A DNA stretch of 30,437 bases from a virus (lineage: Duplodnaviria > Caudoviricetes), in IMG/VR virus record IMGVR_UViG_3300020045_002023, positions 1 through 30,437 of that record. One strand, written 5' to 3'. The position numbers and the translations under genes are program-made. Every line of letters starts with the position of its first letter. Positions within the stretch are counted from its first letter, which is position 1. Under the pieces are notes generated by a model. The model was not told the DNA's origin. It worked only from the letters and a program-made list of their open reading frames with translations, and did no database searches. Shown in pieces: positions 15,803-25,350 of the stretch.

Positions 15803-16113
15803 TCTTTGATCCCAAGGGCGATTACGTCACGGTGGGTGGGCGCCACCCATTGAAGTACATGCAAAACGGCCACGGCTTTACGGCCAAGGGTGACTGTCTG
15901 GGCGTGTTCAACGATCAGGGCGAGAAGGTGGGGGATGTTCCTGCCGTCTTTGAAGTGCCTGCCGAAGAATTCCCGGTTGAGCTGCCAGAAGATCCAGCGG
16001 TTATCTCTGAGCGCGAAGCGCTGGAAGCACAGGCCACCGAGCTGGGCATTGCCTTTCGCTCAACACTGAGCACAGAGAAGCTGAAAGAACGGATTGAGGC
16101 CGCGCAAGCATGA
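15799..16113 (+). CDS. Hypothetical protein with a C-terminal HeH/LEM-like motif
   Basis: REALEAQATELGI....LSTEKLKERI motif. ATGA coupling on both sides. Confidence 0.65.
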   Translation: MIFDPKGDYVTVGGRHPLKYMQNGHGFTAKGDCLGVFNDQGEKVGDVPAVFEVPAEEFPVELPEDPAVISEREALEAQATELGIAFRSTLSTEKLKERIEAAQA

Positions 16114-16766
16114 CCTATCTGGAGATCGTGCAGGAAGTTTGCCGATTGGCTGGCATCACCGATACGGGCGGCCCGACCACTGTAGTGGGACAAACAGGCG
16201 ACTTCCGCAAGGCGATTGGCTATGTGGCCATTTCCCACGAAGAAATCCAGTCCATGTATTTTGATTGGGACTTTTTGTGGGGTAACAGCACGATTACCAC
16301 ATCTGCCAGCGTTTCATCCTATGCCGGAGAATCGGATTTAGGCATTTGGGACGCTGGACGAGTGTTTTACAGCAATGCCGACTTGGGCGTTTACCAGTGG
16401 CACGACTACACCCCGGAAACCCGGACGAATGCGGCCCCGGAATTTGCCGTAATTCGCCCTGATAACCGCCTTCTGATTGTGCCGACACCGGACGATGCCT
16501 ACACCATCACCTACGACTACTACAAAGTGCCCAAGGTGCTGTCGGCCAATGCTGACGAGCCGTATATCCCTGCTAGATTTCAGCGGGCGATTGTCGGGCG
16601 GGCGGTAATGCTCTATGCCCTGCACGAATCAGCGCAAGAATCCCTTGCCCTTGGCTCGGAGATGTACGGCCAATACATGGAAGCCTTGCAGAAACACCAG
16701 CTTTCACGCCGTCAGCAGACGCACGGCAGGTTTGAGTCTGGCGGTATTACGGTTGTTGCTGAATGA
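16110..16766 (+). CDS. Head-tail adaptor (tail tubular protein A-like)
   Basis: MTYLEIVQEV, W.FL, L...PTPD..YTI.Y.Y and D.PYIP.RF..AIV motifs. Position fits. Confidence 0.8.
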   Translation: MTYLEIVQEVCRLAGITDTGGPTTVVGQTGDFRKAIGYVAISHEEIQSMYFDWDFLWGNSTITTSASVSSYAGESDLGIWDAGRVFYSNADLGVYQWHDYTPETRTNAAPEFAVIRPDNRLLIVPTPDDAYTITYDYYKVPKVLSANADEPYIPARFQRAIVGRAVMLYALHESAQESLALGSEMYGQYMEALQKHQLSRRQQTHGRFESGGITVVAE

Positions 16767-18814
16767 ATTTGCCTGCAAAGAAGGTCGATATTGTCAACCT
16801 GAAGGGCGGCATTGACCGGGCCAGCACGTTTCTCAATATCCCCCCAGGCGCGGCGCTTGACCTGCTGAACTTCGGCCCGCAACTGGAAGGCGGCTATGAA
16901 AGAATTTATGGCTACGAGCGCGTGGATGGCAGGGCGGCTCCTTCTGCTGCTGTTTACTATACCGTTGGCGTTGCTGATGCTTCTGGTATTAGTGTTGGCG
17001 CTACGCTTACAGGCGCTACTTCAGGCGCTACGTCGAAAGTAGTTATTAAGGATGGCAATACCTTGGGCGTCACGGCGAAATCCGTGGCCGGGTATACGCT
17101 GTCTGAAGTGGCCAACGGCACCACGATTACCGCTGTGGAACTGTTGTCCGGCCAGAATGATTACGACGACGACGCCGTGTGGCAACTGGCCGCTGAGGAC
17201 TACTACAGGGCGCTGATAGGGGCGGTAACCGGCGACGGTGATGCGCTCTATGCCTTTCAACTGGGGGCGATCAAGTACGCTTTCCGGGCGGATTCTGGAA
17301 CGGTCAAACTGTACAAAACATCTGCCACTGGCTGGACGCTGGTGCCCTACTATTCCGTGCTGTTCTGGGATGGCGGGGTATTGGCGGATGGCGATGTGGC
17401 CGTGGGCGATACCATTACTGGCGCGACGTCTGCTGCGACGGGCACGGTCAAGAAGTACGTCAAGAATGCCGGGAGCTACGGTTCAACTGCCTCCGGCTAT
17501 ATGGTGATTCAGGTCACCTCTGGCACCTACCAGAACAACGAGAATTTGCAAAAAGGTGGCGTCACCAAGATGGTGGCCGATGGCGCAAGCGCGGCGATTA
17601 CCGTGGCCACAGGCGGCACATGGCAGCATATTGAGCACAACTTTTACGCCACCACGTCAACCAAGTCCATCTATCTGTGCGACGGGGTAAACCCGGCCTA
17701 TGAGTTTGACGGCACAACCCTTTGTCCGATTTATTATCCAGCACCAGACGAACACCCGTCATGGAACAAGCCCACCTACATTGCCGCCCACCGGATGCAC
17801 CTGTTTTTGTCCTACGCTCCCGGCACCGTGGCGCACTCATCCCCTGGCGATCCGCTGATATTGTCGGCCATCTTGGGCGCATCTGAGTTTGGTTTGGGCG
17901 ACATACCCACCGGCATGGTATCCAGGGCAGGAGAAGTGCTGGCGCTGTACACCCAGAACAAGACCTTTGGCTTGTACGGCACCGATTCCAGCAACTGGGA
18001 ACTGAAGACGATTTCCGAATCCTTTGGGGCTAAGCCCTATACCGTTCAGGCGCTCGGCTCGATCTATGCGTTGGATGTGAAAGGCATTGCGCCGCTTGAT
18101 CGCGTGGATGCTTACGGCGACTTTGAATCCGCCACCGTGTCACGATTTGTTAAGCCCATCATTGACGAGAAGATTGATTCTGTCATTGCGTCCGTTGCAG
18201 TCAGAAACAAAAACCAATACTGGCTATTCTTCGATGACGGCTCCGGCCTGATCATGGGCGACGACCAGTATTTGGGCGAGTCATTGCCTGCCTTCACCCG
18301 CTTTCAGTTATTCGATACTCCTACCTTTGTTTCCAGCTCGGAAGATGCCAGCGGAAACCAAGTCATTCTGATGGGGGATTCCTCCGGCTACATCTACGAG
18401 ATGAATGTGGGCTACAACTTTGACGGCGAAGCCATCGAGTTCGCTTACCGCAGCCCCTTCATGCACCAGAATGCGCCCCATATCCGCAAACGGTTTATGC
18501 GTCTGTTTGTGGATTTGGATGCTCAGTCTAATCTGACATTGCAGATTTCCCATGAGCTGGGCTATGGCCGCGCCACGATCCCCGCCAATCTATCAACGGA
18601 TGTGACAGCGCAGACGGGCGGCGGCTATTTCGCGGTGGATGACTGGGACGAATTCTTTTGGGATGCCACCACGTTTAGCTCTGAAGGCGTGGTGCTGGCG
18701 GGTACAGCCAATAACATATCCATCACCCTCTACGGCAATAGCGCCCTGATTCGCCCTTTCACTATCCAAACCCTCGAATTGCATTATCTCCCAAGGACTA
18801 TCAGACGTGCCTAG
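16763..18814 (+). CDS. Tail nozzle (tail tubular protein B / P22 gp10-like)
   Basis: 683-aa beta-rich protein after the adaptor. L.GGID, H..HLF, QYWLFF.DG and KRF.RL motifs. Confidence 0.8.
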   Translation: MNLPAKKVDIVNLKGGIDRASTFLNIPPGAALDLLNFGPQLEGGYERIYGYERVDGRAAPSAAVYYTVGVADASGISVGATLTGATSGATSKVVIKDGNTLGVTAKSVAGYTLSEVANGTTITAVELLSGQNDYDDDAVWQLAAEDYYRALIGAVTGDGDALYAFQLGAIKYAFRADSGTVKLYKTSATGWTLVPYYSVLFWDGGVLADGDVAVGDTITGATSAATGTVKKYVKNAGSYGSTASGYMVIQVTSGTYQNNENLQKGGVTKMVADGASAAITVATGGTWQHIEHNFYATTSTKSIYLCDGVNPAYEFDGTTLCPIYYPAPDEHPSWNKPTYIAAHRMHLFLSYAPGTVAHSSPGDPLILSAILGASEFGLGDIPTGMVSRAGEVLALYTQNKTFGLYGTDSSNWELKTISESFGAKPYTVQALGSIYALDVKGIAPLDRVDAYGDFESATVSRFVKPIIDEKIDSVIASVAVRNKNQYWLFFDDGSGLIMGDDQYLGESLPAFTRFQLFDTPTFVSSSEDASGNQVILMGDSSGYIYEMNVGYNFDGEAIEFAYRSPFMHQNAPHIRKRFMRLFVDLDAQSNLTLQISHELGYGRATIPANLSTDVTAQTGGGYFAVDDWDEFFWDATTFSSEGVVLAGTANNISITLYGNSALIRPFTIQTLELHYLPRTIRRA

Positions 18815-19895
18815 ATACACCAGAACATACGATTTTGCCGCAAACACCAAGGCGCGAGGCTCGGAAGTCAAAGCCGAGTATGACGCACTGGAAAGCTATG
18901 CCGGTGAAATGCCATCCCCTGAAGAATTGTATTCTGACAATCTGTCCTTTGTGGCGGCAGGCGGTACAGCGAATGCCATTACCATCACGCACCCGTTAAG
19001 CACATGGACAACCTACACCGGCAAGGACGGCCATAAGGTCAGCGTCCAGATAGCCGCCACCAATACGGCGGCAGTCACCGTCAACGTCGATTCAGTGGGC
19101 GCTGTAGCGGCCAAGCGCAATGATGGCACAGCCCTGCAAGCCAATGACCTTGAAATTGGGGCGATTCACGACTTCATCTACGACGAAACGGCGGGCTATT
19201 TCCTTGTCCCTACTGCGATCAATGGCGTTTTGACGGACTGCGAAGAACAGGTAACGATTGCGGTAGCGTCCACCAACTTTATCGGCCTTTGGTCAGCGCA
19301 AACTGGGGCTAAAACCGTCCCGACTTCCGTCTATTACAACGGCGGATTCTATGCCCTGACTTCCAATATTGCCGATATTACAGCCAAAGTCCCTGGCGTG
19401 GCGTCTGAGTGGGTGCTTATTGATAGCGGCATATCCTATGCTGGAATGACTGGCGCGGTAAATGCTCCGGCCTTTGCCTTCTACAGCGGCAATTTGTGGC
19501 TGCTGATTACCAATTCCACCGATATCACCGCCGACGTTCCCGGCACTTCCGCCAAGTGGACAAAGATCGGCGGGCAGACAGAAGCCAGTAGCGCACTTGG
19601 CTCCGGCTGGACGATCAACTGCGCTTCTGGCTACAACGATTTCACCAAGACAGTAGCGTCAACGGATGCGTTTTTAATCTCCAATGTCCCGGCTTCCGGG
19701 GTGTTTACCTTTGTGCTAGAGATCACCTACACCAGCGGAACTATCACCTTCTGGACAGGGTACACGGTGAATTGGCCGGAGAGCATTGGCGGCACCCAGC
19801 CCGGATTTCAGGCAGGGCATGTGTACAAGTTGGCGGCAGAAATAAGGGGCGGCACAACCGTAATAGACATTCTTGGCATAGTGGATTACGCATGA
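18807..19895 (+). CDS. Tail fibre/spike protein
   Basis: N-terminal attachment-like motif (ARGSEV.AEYDAL) and GGTANAIT...NT.AVTVNVD.VGA.....DG..LQANDL domain, followed by a duplicated aromatic module. Confidence 0.75.
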   Translation: MPRYTRTYDFAANTKARGSEVKAEYDALESYAGEMPSPEELYSDNLSFVAAGGTANAITITHPLSTWTTYTGKDGHKVSVQIAATNTAAVTVNVDSVGAVAAKRNDGTALQANDLEIGAIHDFIYDETAGYFLVPTAINGVLTDCEEQVTIAVASTNFIGLWSAQTGAKTVPTSVYYNGGFYALTSNIADITAKVPGVASEWVLIDSGISYAGMTGAVNAPAFAFYSGNLWLLITNSTDITADVPGTSAKWTKIGGQTEASSALGSGWTINCASGYNDFTKTVASTDAFLISNVPASGVFTFVLEITYTSGTITFWTGYTVNWPESIGGTQPGFQAGHVYKLAAEIRGGTTVIDILGIVDYA

Positions 19896-20527
19896 TAAGG
19901 CGGCGAGCTTCAATCATTGGCAACGGTCGAAATATGATTCGGCTTATTGGCTATGTGGCTGACGCTGAGGTTTCGTCGCTAACGCTGCCTGCGGGGATCG
20001 TGGAAAGCGATATTGTTGTTGTGGTGGGCGGGTATTTAGGGGGCACATCACCTGCTACGCCAACAGACTACACCAGCCTAAAAACACAAACGGCCACATC
20101 TATCGGCGCGAGAATGTCCAGAAAGATAATGGGGCCAACGCCAGACACCACAGTATCAGGGCTTGATGCCACCGATACCATCCACATTGCGGCCATTTTT
20201 AGAAATGTGGACACCACAACGCCAATGGACGCCACTACTCTGTCTAACTCAGGCAACTTCAATCCAGCCAACCCAGGCTCAATCACCACAGTCTCGGATG
20301 GAAGCCTGATTGTTATTGCCGCCATGATTAACCATGACGCGGCGATCACCCCGCCATCTGGGTACAGCGTTATTGCCGGGAGTCTCCGTGTGGGCGCCCA
20401 AGAGCCATACCTTGTGATGGCGTACAACCCCTATCCCGTATCTCCCGGCGCTCATGATCCAGGGGCGTTTTCTGACCCTGGAAACCTAGCTAATTTGACG
20501 TTTACCGCAGCCCTACGGAGGGCGTAA
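19892..20527 (+). CDS. Fibre-associated beta-rich protein, possible receptor-binding tip
   Basis: ATGA and TAATG coupling. Thr/Ser/Gly/Pro-rich beta-sandwich-like sequence. Confidence 0.6.
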   Translation: MIRRRASIIGNGRNMIRLIGYVADAEVSSLTLPAGIVESDIVVVVGGYLGGTSPATPTDYTSLKTQTATSIGARMSRKIMGPTPDTTVSGLDATDTIHIAAIFRNVDTTTPMDATTLSNSGNFNPANPGSITTVSDGSLIVIAAMINHDAAITPPSGYSVIAGSLRVGAQEPYLVMAYNPYPVSPGAHDPGAFSDPGNLANLTFTAALRRA

Positions 20528-20988
20528 TGAAAGCAAAACTAGCAAACGGCGCAATCGCCAAATACCCCTACACGCTGCGAGATTTGAAGGCCGACAATCG
20601 GAACGTGATGTTTCCGGCAGACTTCGACGATTGGGCGTCTTTTGATTGCGTGGCGGTTACACAAGCCGCCGAACCTGCCTACGACGCGGCAACGCAGACA
20701 ATCATCCCCGCCAATGCCCCGCAGTTGGTGAATGGCGCATGGGTAGATGGCTGGATTATCAGCGACCTATCTGCCGAAGAAATAGCAGAGAAGGCCGCAA
20801 CTGAGGCGCATAGAGCAGATCGTGACGCACTCAAAGCTGACAACGCCGTTGCCGCACTGCTGAAAGCAAGGCCAGCACAGATCAACAGCTACATTGACGC
20901 CAATGTCACCAATCTAGCAGAAGCGCGGGCCGTGCTAAAAATCCTGGCGCGGGCAATCGCGGTGCTCTCACATAGCATTATGAGGTAA
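20527..20988 (+). CDS. Putative tail-fibre assembly protein
   Basis: YPYT...L..DN.NV.FP and P.YD..TQ......P.L..G.W...W...DLS.EE motifs, of the type that follows fibre genes. Confidence 0.6.
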   Translation: MKAKLANGAIAKYPYTLRDLKADNRNVMFPADFDDWASFDCVAVTQAAEPAYDAATQTIIPANAPQLVNGAWVDGWIISDLSAEEIAEKAATEAHRADRDALKADNAVAALLKARPAQINSYIDANVTNLAEARAVLKILARAIAVLSHSIMR

Positions 20989-20992
20989 CAAC

Positions 20993-22357
20993 ATGGCAAC
21001 AAGCAGCTACATCCCGCAAGGCTTTTCCGGCAAAGGCACTTGGGAGGAGCAGAAAAACGAACTGATTGGCCTTGGCGTGTCTTCGCCTTACATTCCCAGG
21101 ATGACGAACGTGGGCGATTCTCCCGGCATGGTATTCAACAAAACCGCAGTGGCGGGCAATGCTGATCGAGGTGCAGAGCGGATTATCTGGGACGGCACCA
21201 AGTTTGTGGACAATTCGGCCAACTACACGGCATCCAAAACGCCGCGCACCAGCACCACAGCGGTCGGCGCTACTCCGGTGTCACCTGCTACCGGGGCCGC
21301 TCCTGGCGGCATTGTCGCACCTTCTTCCGGCACAGCAGGCTCATTGCCGCAAGGATTGTTAATGCCGCAAGGATCAGGCATGACGTTAAGCTACGGCGCT
21401 ACAGGCCAGAATATCGACGCACTAACCCGCGATCTAACGCCGGATGAACTGGCGTCCTATCAACTGGATAAGATCATCGGCAAGGACTCTGCGCTGTCTC
21501 AGAGGGCTATGACGGCGGGCAGGCAGTACGCCAACAGCCGAGGACTGCTAAACGGCTCTATGGGCGCTGATGCGGCCTATGGCGCATGGGTGGACAGGGC
21601 GTCCCCGATTGCGATGGACGATGCTGGGAAATATACCAATGTGCTGGACAAAAACCTGGGCTATCAAAATGAATTCCGTATGGCCGATAAGGGCTTTGGC
21701 TTTGATCTCAAGCTGCAAGAAAATGATTTGGGCTGGAAGTCTGGCGAAAATGCATTGGATCGCGGCCTAACCCGTAGTGAGAATTCCGCCGACAGAAGCC
21801 ACCAGACGAACCTGCAAAGCATGGGGGATGCGGCTGCCATGTCTCGGCAAACGTCAGAGCAATCATGGCGCAGCGGGGAGGGCGCTTTGGATCGTGCAGC
21901 GACTAGCGCAGAGAATCAGGCCGGACGGGATTTCACCACCGGGCAGAATCAGCTTGAGCGTGACTTTACAGCGGGTCAAAATGATCTGAACCGGGATTTC
22001 GACAGGGAAACGCAACTAAAGGCCGCTGAGATAGACTCTGAGTCACGGCTGACGCAACACCTGTACACCCTGGATGAACTTGGCTACCGATTTGATTTGG
22101 ATCAGTACAACGTATCCAAAACTTACGCGGCAAACATGGCGGGCGGACTGTCTACTGAGTTAGCCGCTATTCGCAGCGATCCAAACACTGACCCGGTAAC
22201 CAAAAAGACGCTTGAAGATAGTGCTATTGCCAACTTCAACGACATGATGAAGTTTGGCTCTACCGTCTACAGCACAGAAATACCTGTTTATGGCGGCGGA
22301 GCTGTGGCTCAACCGCCGAAGCCGGTAAGCCCCTATCAAGCGGCCAACCCTGCATGA
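20993..22357 (+). CDS. Internal virion/DNA ejection protein with ~11-aa repeats
   Basis: GAGGT RBS, ANSRGLLN.SM motif, and repeats GENALDRG / GEGALDRA / GQNQLERDF / GQNDLNRDF. Confidence 0.65.
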   Translation: MATSSYIPQGFSGKGTWEEQKNELIGLGVSSPYIPRMTNVGDSPGMVFNKTAVAGNADRGAERIIWDGTKFVDNSANYTASKTPRTSTTAVGATPVSPATGAAPGGIVAPSSGTAGSLPQGLLMPQGSGMTLSYGATGQNIDALTRDLTPDELASYQLDKIIGKDSALSQRAMTAGRQYANSRGLLNGSMGADAAYGAWVDRASPIAMDDAGKYTNVLDKNLGYQNEFRMADKGFGFDLKLQENDLGWKSGENALDRGLTRSENSADRSHQTNLQSMGDAAAMSRQTSEQSWRSGEGALDRAATSAENQAGRDFTTGQNQLERDFTAGQNDLNRDFDRETQLKAAEIDSESRLTQHLYTLDELGYRFDLDQYNVSKTYAANMAGGLSTELAAIRSDPNTDPVTKKTLEDSAIANFNDMMKFGSTVYSTEIPVYGGGAVAQPPKPVSPYQAANPA

Positions 22358-22803
22358 TCCGAAAGGCGAAGCCGCAAGACCTGGACGCCATCGTTAATCT
22401 AGCCGTTGAATCCGTCACCACCATTGATCCCATTCCGCAACTGAAGATAGATCGCGTAGCAATGCGCGAAACGGCTTCACTGTGCCTTGAGCCTGCCCAT
22501 TTTGCGTGGGTGTCCGAGATTAACGGCGAAGTGGTGGGCGCAGTGGTGGCGCAAGTCTGTCCGGGATTCTGGTTTGAAAAGCTGCAACTGTCCGTGCTCT
22601 TGCATTATTCGCAAGTGCCGGGCGAGTGGGTGAAGCTGATGCGGGAATTATCCCGGTGGATGAAGGGCCGGAGCGGGATCAAGCTGGCAATTTTGGAATT
22701 AGAGCCTAGCAGAGCGGCGAACGAACGCATGATTCGCTTTGTGGGCAAGCTGGGGTTTGATCGTCAAACCCTGAATTTACAGTATGTGAGGCAAGCGACA
22801 TGA
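22354..22803 (+). CDS. GNAT-fold acetyltransferase-like protein
   Basis: MIRKAKPQDLDAIVNL start, WVSEINGEVVG and RFVGKLGF motifs. Confidence 0.75.
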   Translation: MIRKAKPQDLDAIVNLAVESVTTIDPIPQLKIDRVAMRETASLCLEPAHFAWVSEINGEVVGAVVAQVCPGFWFEKLQLSVLLHYSQVPGEWVKLMRELSRWMKGRSGIKLAILELEPSRAANERMIRFVGKLGFDRQTLNLQYVRQAT

Positions 22804-23564
22804 GTAAGGCAGTTCGCAAGATTGGCAGAAGCATCAAAAAAGTGGTGAAGGGCGTCGGCAAGGTTGCCCAGAAAGCATGGAAATCCCCCATTGGCAAAGC
22901 CCTGATGATTGCCGGAACCGTTTACTTCGGCGGCGCAGCCATTGGCGGCATGATGGGTGGGGCCGGAGGTGCTGGAGCGGGGATGTTAAGCAATGCGGCG
23001 GCGGGGATCAGCAATGCCTGGACGAGTCTCGGCACGGCGACAAGCGCGGCAATGGGCGGCAACTTTAGCGCAGCAGGGCAAGCACTCTCGGCGGGAGCCA
23101 AGGGCGCAACACTCGACCCTGGCAGCCTGTTGAGTAATGCGGGAATACGAGCGGCAAACGGCGGCATTACCAGCGGGGCTACAGCCGGGAAAACGGGCGA
23201 AGCGGCCATGAGGCAGGCGGCTAAGCCATTGGCTTCAAATGCCGGGGAAGCAACTGGGCTTCTCACCCCAAAAGCGCCAGCCGCCGCCAACGCTTTAGAC
23301 CCCAAGATGCTAAAGCTGGCGGATGAGTATGAAGCCATGAAGAAAATGGGGTATAGCAACGGAGCAATTGAAGCCGTGCTTTCAGGCCAGCAAAAAACCG
23401 GACTGCTATCCAATCCACTGGTGCAATACGGCGGTATGCAACTGGCCGGTAGTGCCTTGACTGGCTATGCTGCTGAGAAGGCCACGGAAGAGCAGGACGA
23501 CGAAGATCGCAAGCGATACAACGCGAATATGAATTACACCTACCAGCGACGTTATCAGGGGTAA
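22800..23564 (+). CDS. Gly/Ala-rich ejection (pilot) protein
   Basis: Basic amphipathic N-terminus (KSIKKVVKGVGK-type) followed by a hydrophobic Gly/Ala segment. Confidence 0.65.
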   Translation: MSKAVRKIGRSIKKVVKGVGKVAQKAWKSPIGKALMIAGTVYFGGAAIGGMMGGAGGAGAGMLSNAAAGISNAWTSLGTATSAAMGGNFSAAGQALSAGAKGATLDPGSLLSNAGIRAANGGITSGATAGKTGEAAMRQAAKPLASNAGEATGLLTPKAPAAANALDPKMLKLADEYEAMKKMGYSNGAIEAVLSGQQKTGLLSNPLVQYGGMQLAGSALTGYAAEKATEEQDDEDRKRYNANMNYTYQRRYQG

Positions 23565-23567
23565 CAC

Positions 23568-24077
23568 ATGGCCGGATTACTGAACCCTCAACAAGCACAG
23601 CAGTTGCCACCTGAAGCAGAACAACTGCCGCCTGAAGGCATGGAGCAGGAAGGCCCAGAGGCCGACGAGAACGATCCCGCCTTTCAAGCCGCTATCCAAT
23701 TCCTGAAGAAAGCCCTGTATGAAACCGGCGCGGCGGATCAAATCAACCAAGCCATAAAACGGGCAAAAGAGCCAGTCGATGCGATTGCCAACTATGCCTA
23801 TGAACTGGTAGCGGTGGCCGACGAAAAGACGCAGGGCGCTGTGCCTGATGAATTGCTGGTATTGCTGGCATCCACGGCGCTGGAAGAAGTCTGTGACATT
23901 GCCGAAGCGTCGGGCATTAAGCTACAGCCTGCCGATGTTGCATCTGCGCTGAAGATGATTATCTTGCGCTTTGTGGGCGAACAGGGCCACGACACCCGCG
24001 CCTTGCACGAAGCCATGAACCAGATCAGCCCGGAGCAGATCAATCAAATGGCGATGGAGGGCGAAGCCAATGGCTAA
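23568..24077 (+). CDS. Acidic helical protein of the ejection module
   Basis: 169 aa, coupled in the operon. MAGLL start. Confidence 0.65.
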   Translation: MAGLLNPQQAQQLPPEAEQLPPEGMEQEGPEADENDPAFQAAIQFLKKALYETGAADQINQAIKRAKEPVDAIANYAYELVAVADEKTQGAVPDELLVLLASTALEEVCDIAEASGIKLQPADVASALKMIILRFVGEQGHDTRALHEAMNQISPEQINQMAMEGEANG

Positions 24078-25350
24078 GTGGGGATTGCTGGCCGGAGTCG
24101 GCCACGGCTTTGCGAAAATGGGCGAGATGGGCGTACAAGATACCTTTGATCGCATGAAGGAAGAGCGGTTGAAGAAGTACCAGGAAGAGCGGGATGCCGT
24201 TACTCGCGCCAACGCCAAAGAGGACTTAATTGAGAACCGAGAATACGCAGAGTCTAAAACGGCCACAGACGTGTCTGTTGAACAAGCTGACGGCAAGCAA
24301 ATCAAGGTTGGTAAGAATGCCAAGGGCGAGGTTGTCAGTCGCCAAGAGGATATTGCAAGTGCTGACTACAGCTACGCCAAAAAGGTTGGCAACAAGCTGA
24401 TAGATATGCGGGACGGCTCCGTTATCGCGCAGGACGACAACTACAGCGAATATGAAACGTGGAATGCGCCCGAAGTGGATGCGAATGGGAACCCTCTATA
24501 TCAAATCAGCAGCAGGGGGAAAATCAATGATCTGAGCAAAAGCGCCGATCCAATGGTTAAGGCGAGGATTGATTCTATCAATGCGGATATTAAGGCGCTA
24601 TCCACATCTGATCCTGAAGGCAACGCAGATCAAATCTGGCAACTCAAGCAGCAACGCAACAAGATTGTGGGGCTTGAATCAGAAGAAGGCTGGCTGTCAC
24701 CAACCAAAGATGCCGAACTGATGACAAAGGCAGAGAAAGCTGCCGCATCATGGGCTGACGAACAAGCAGGGCTTCTTTCATCCGACAAAGCAGACTTCAA
24801 GCGGTACGGCGGCAACAAGCAGGAAGCCATACAGAAAAAGACGCTTGAATTCTATCAGCAGTACAAGGATTCAATGGGCGGTGGCAATGGCCTGCTGAAG
24901 CCGAGAGTGGAAACACCGGAGGATAAAGGCGCTGGATATGGCGAAAGGCCGGATGGATCGGCCAAGCAATCTGGATTTTTGGGTGAACTGAAGTTGCCTG
25001 ACGGCGGAGTGGCTACTGAGTATTCCGTTGGCGTCAAAATCAACGGCAAGCAAATGGATATTCCAACCCTTGTGCCGACGCTGACGAAGTCTGAAGTGGA
25101 TATGATGGTGAATGACATTATTCCAAACAGGAAAAGAATCCCCGATTCGGTCATGCAAAAGGCTGCGGATCATGCCAAGTCTCGATTAGAACAAGGCGAG
25201 AGCGTTTTCTATGAAGGCGAATCCAGCAAGACAAAACAGCCCGAAATGAACGACATGCCAGACGCAGCCCAACACTCTGGCCGCATGATCCGCGACGAAG
25301 AAACAGGTAAACTTTACAAGTCCGATGGCAAAACCTGGAAACCTCTTTAA
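24070..25350 (+). CDS. Internal virion protein with a distinct globular C-terminal domain
   Basis: GGAGG RBS, GLLAGVG.G N-terminus, charged helical middle, and a YG.RPDG..K..GFLG...EYS.......IPTLVPTL domain. Confidence 0.65.
   Translation: MAKWGLLAGVGHGFAKMGEMGVQDTFDRMKEERLKKYQEERDAVTRANAKEDLIENREYAESKTATDVSVEQADGKQIKVGKNAKGEVVSRQEDIASADYSYAKKVGNKLIDMRDGSVIAQDDNYSEYETWNAPEVDANGNPLYQISSRGKINDLSKSADPMVKARIDSINADIKALSTSDPEGNADQIWQLKQQRNKIVGLESEEGWLSPTKDAELMTKAEKAAASWADEQAGLLSSDKADFKRYGGNKQEAIQKKTLEFYQQYKDSMGGGNGLLKPRVETPEDKGAGYGERPDGSAKQSGFLGELKLPDGGVATEYSVGVKINGKQMDIPTLVPTLTKSEVDMMVNDIIPNRKRIPDSVMQKAADHAKSRLEQGESVFYEGESSKTKQPEMNDMPDAAQHSGRMIRDEETGKLYKSDGKTWKPL

Noticed and set aside
16113-16129. 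ACCTATC-TGGA-GATCGT at the adaptor gene start resembling the motif
   Set aside because: The 3' arm differs, the internal-loop geometry is not kept, and it encodes the conserved MTYLEIV peptide.
18807-20988. Diversity-generating retroelement or invertase-driven tail-fibre switching
   Set aside because: No reverse transcriptase, template/variable repeat pair or invertase was seen in the window.
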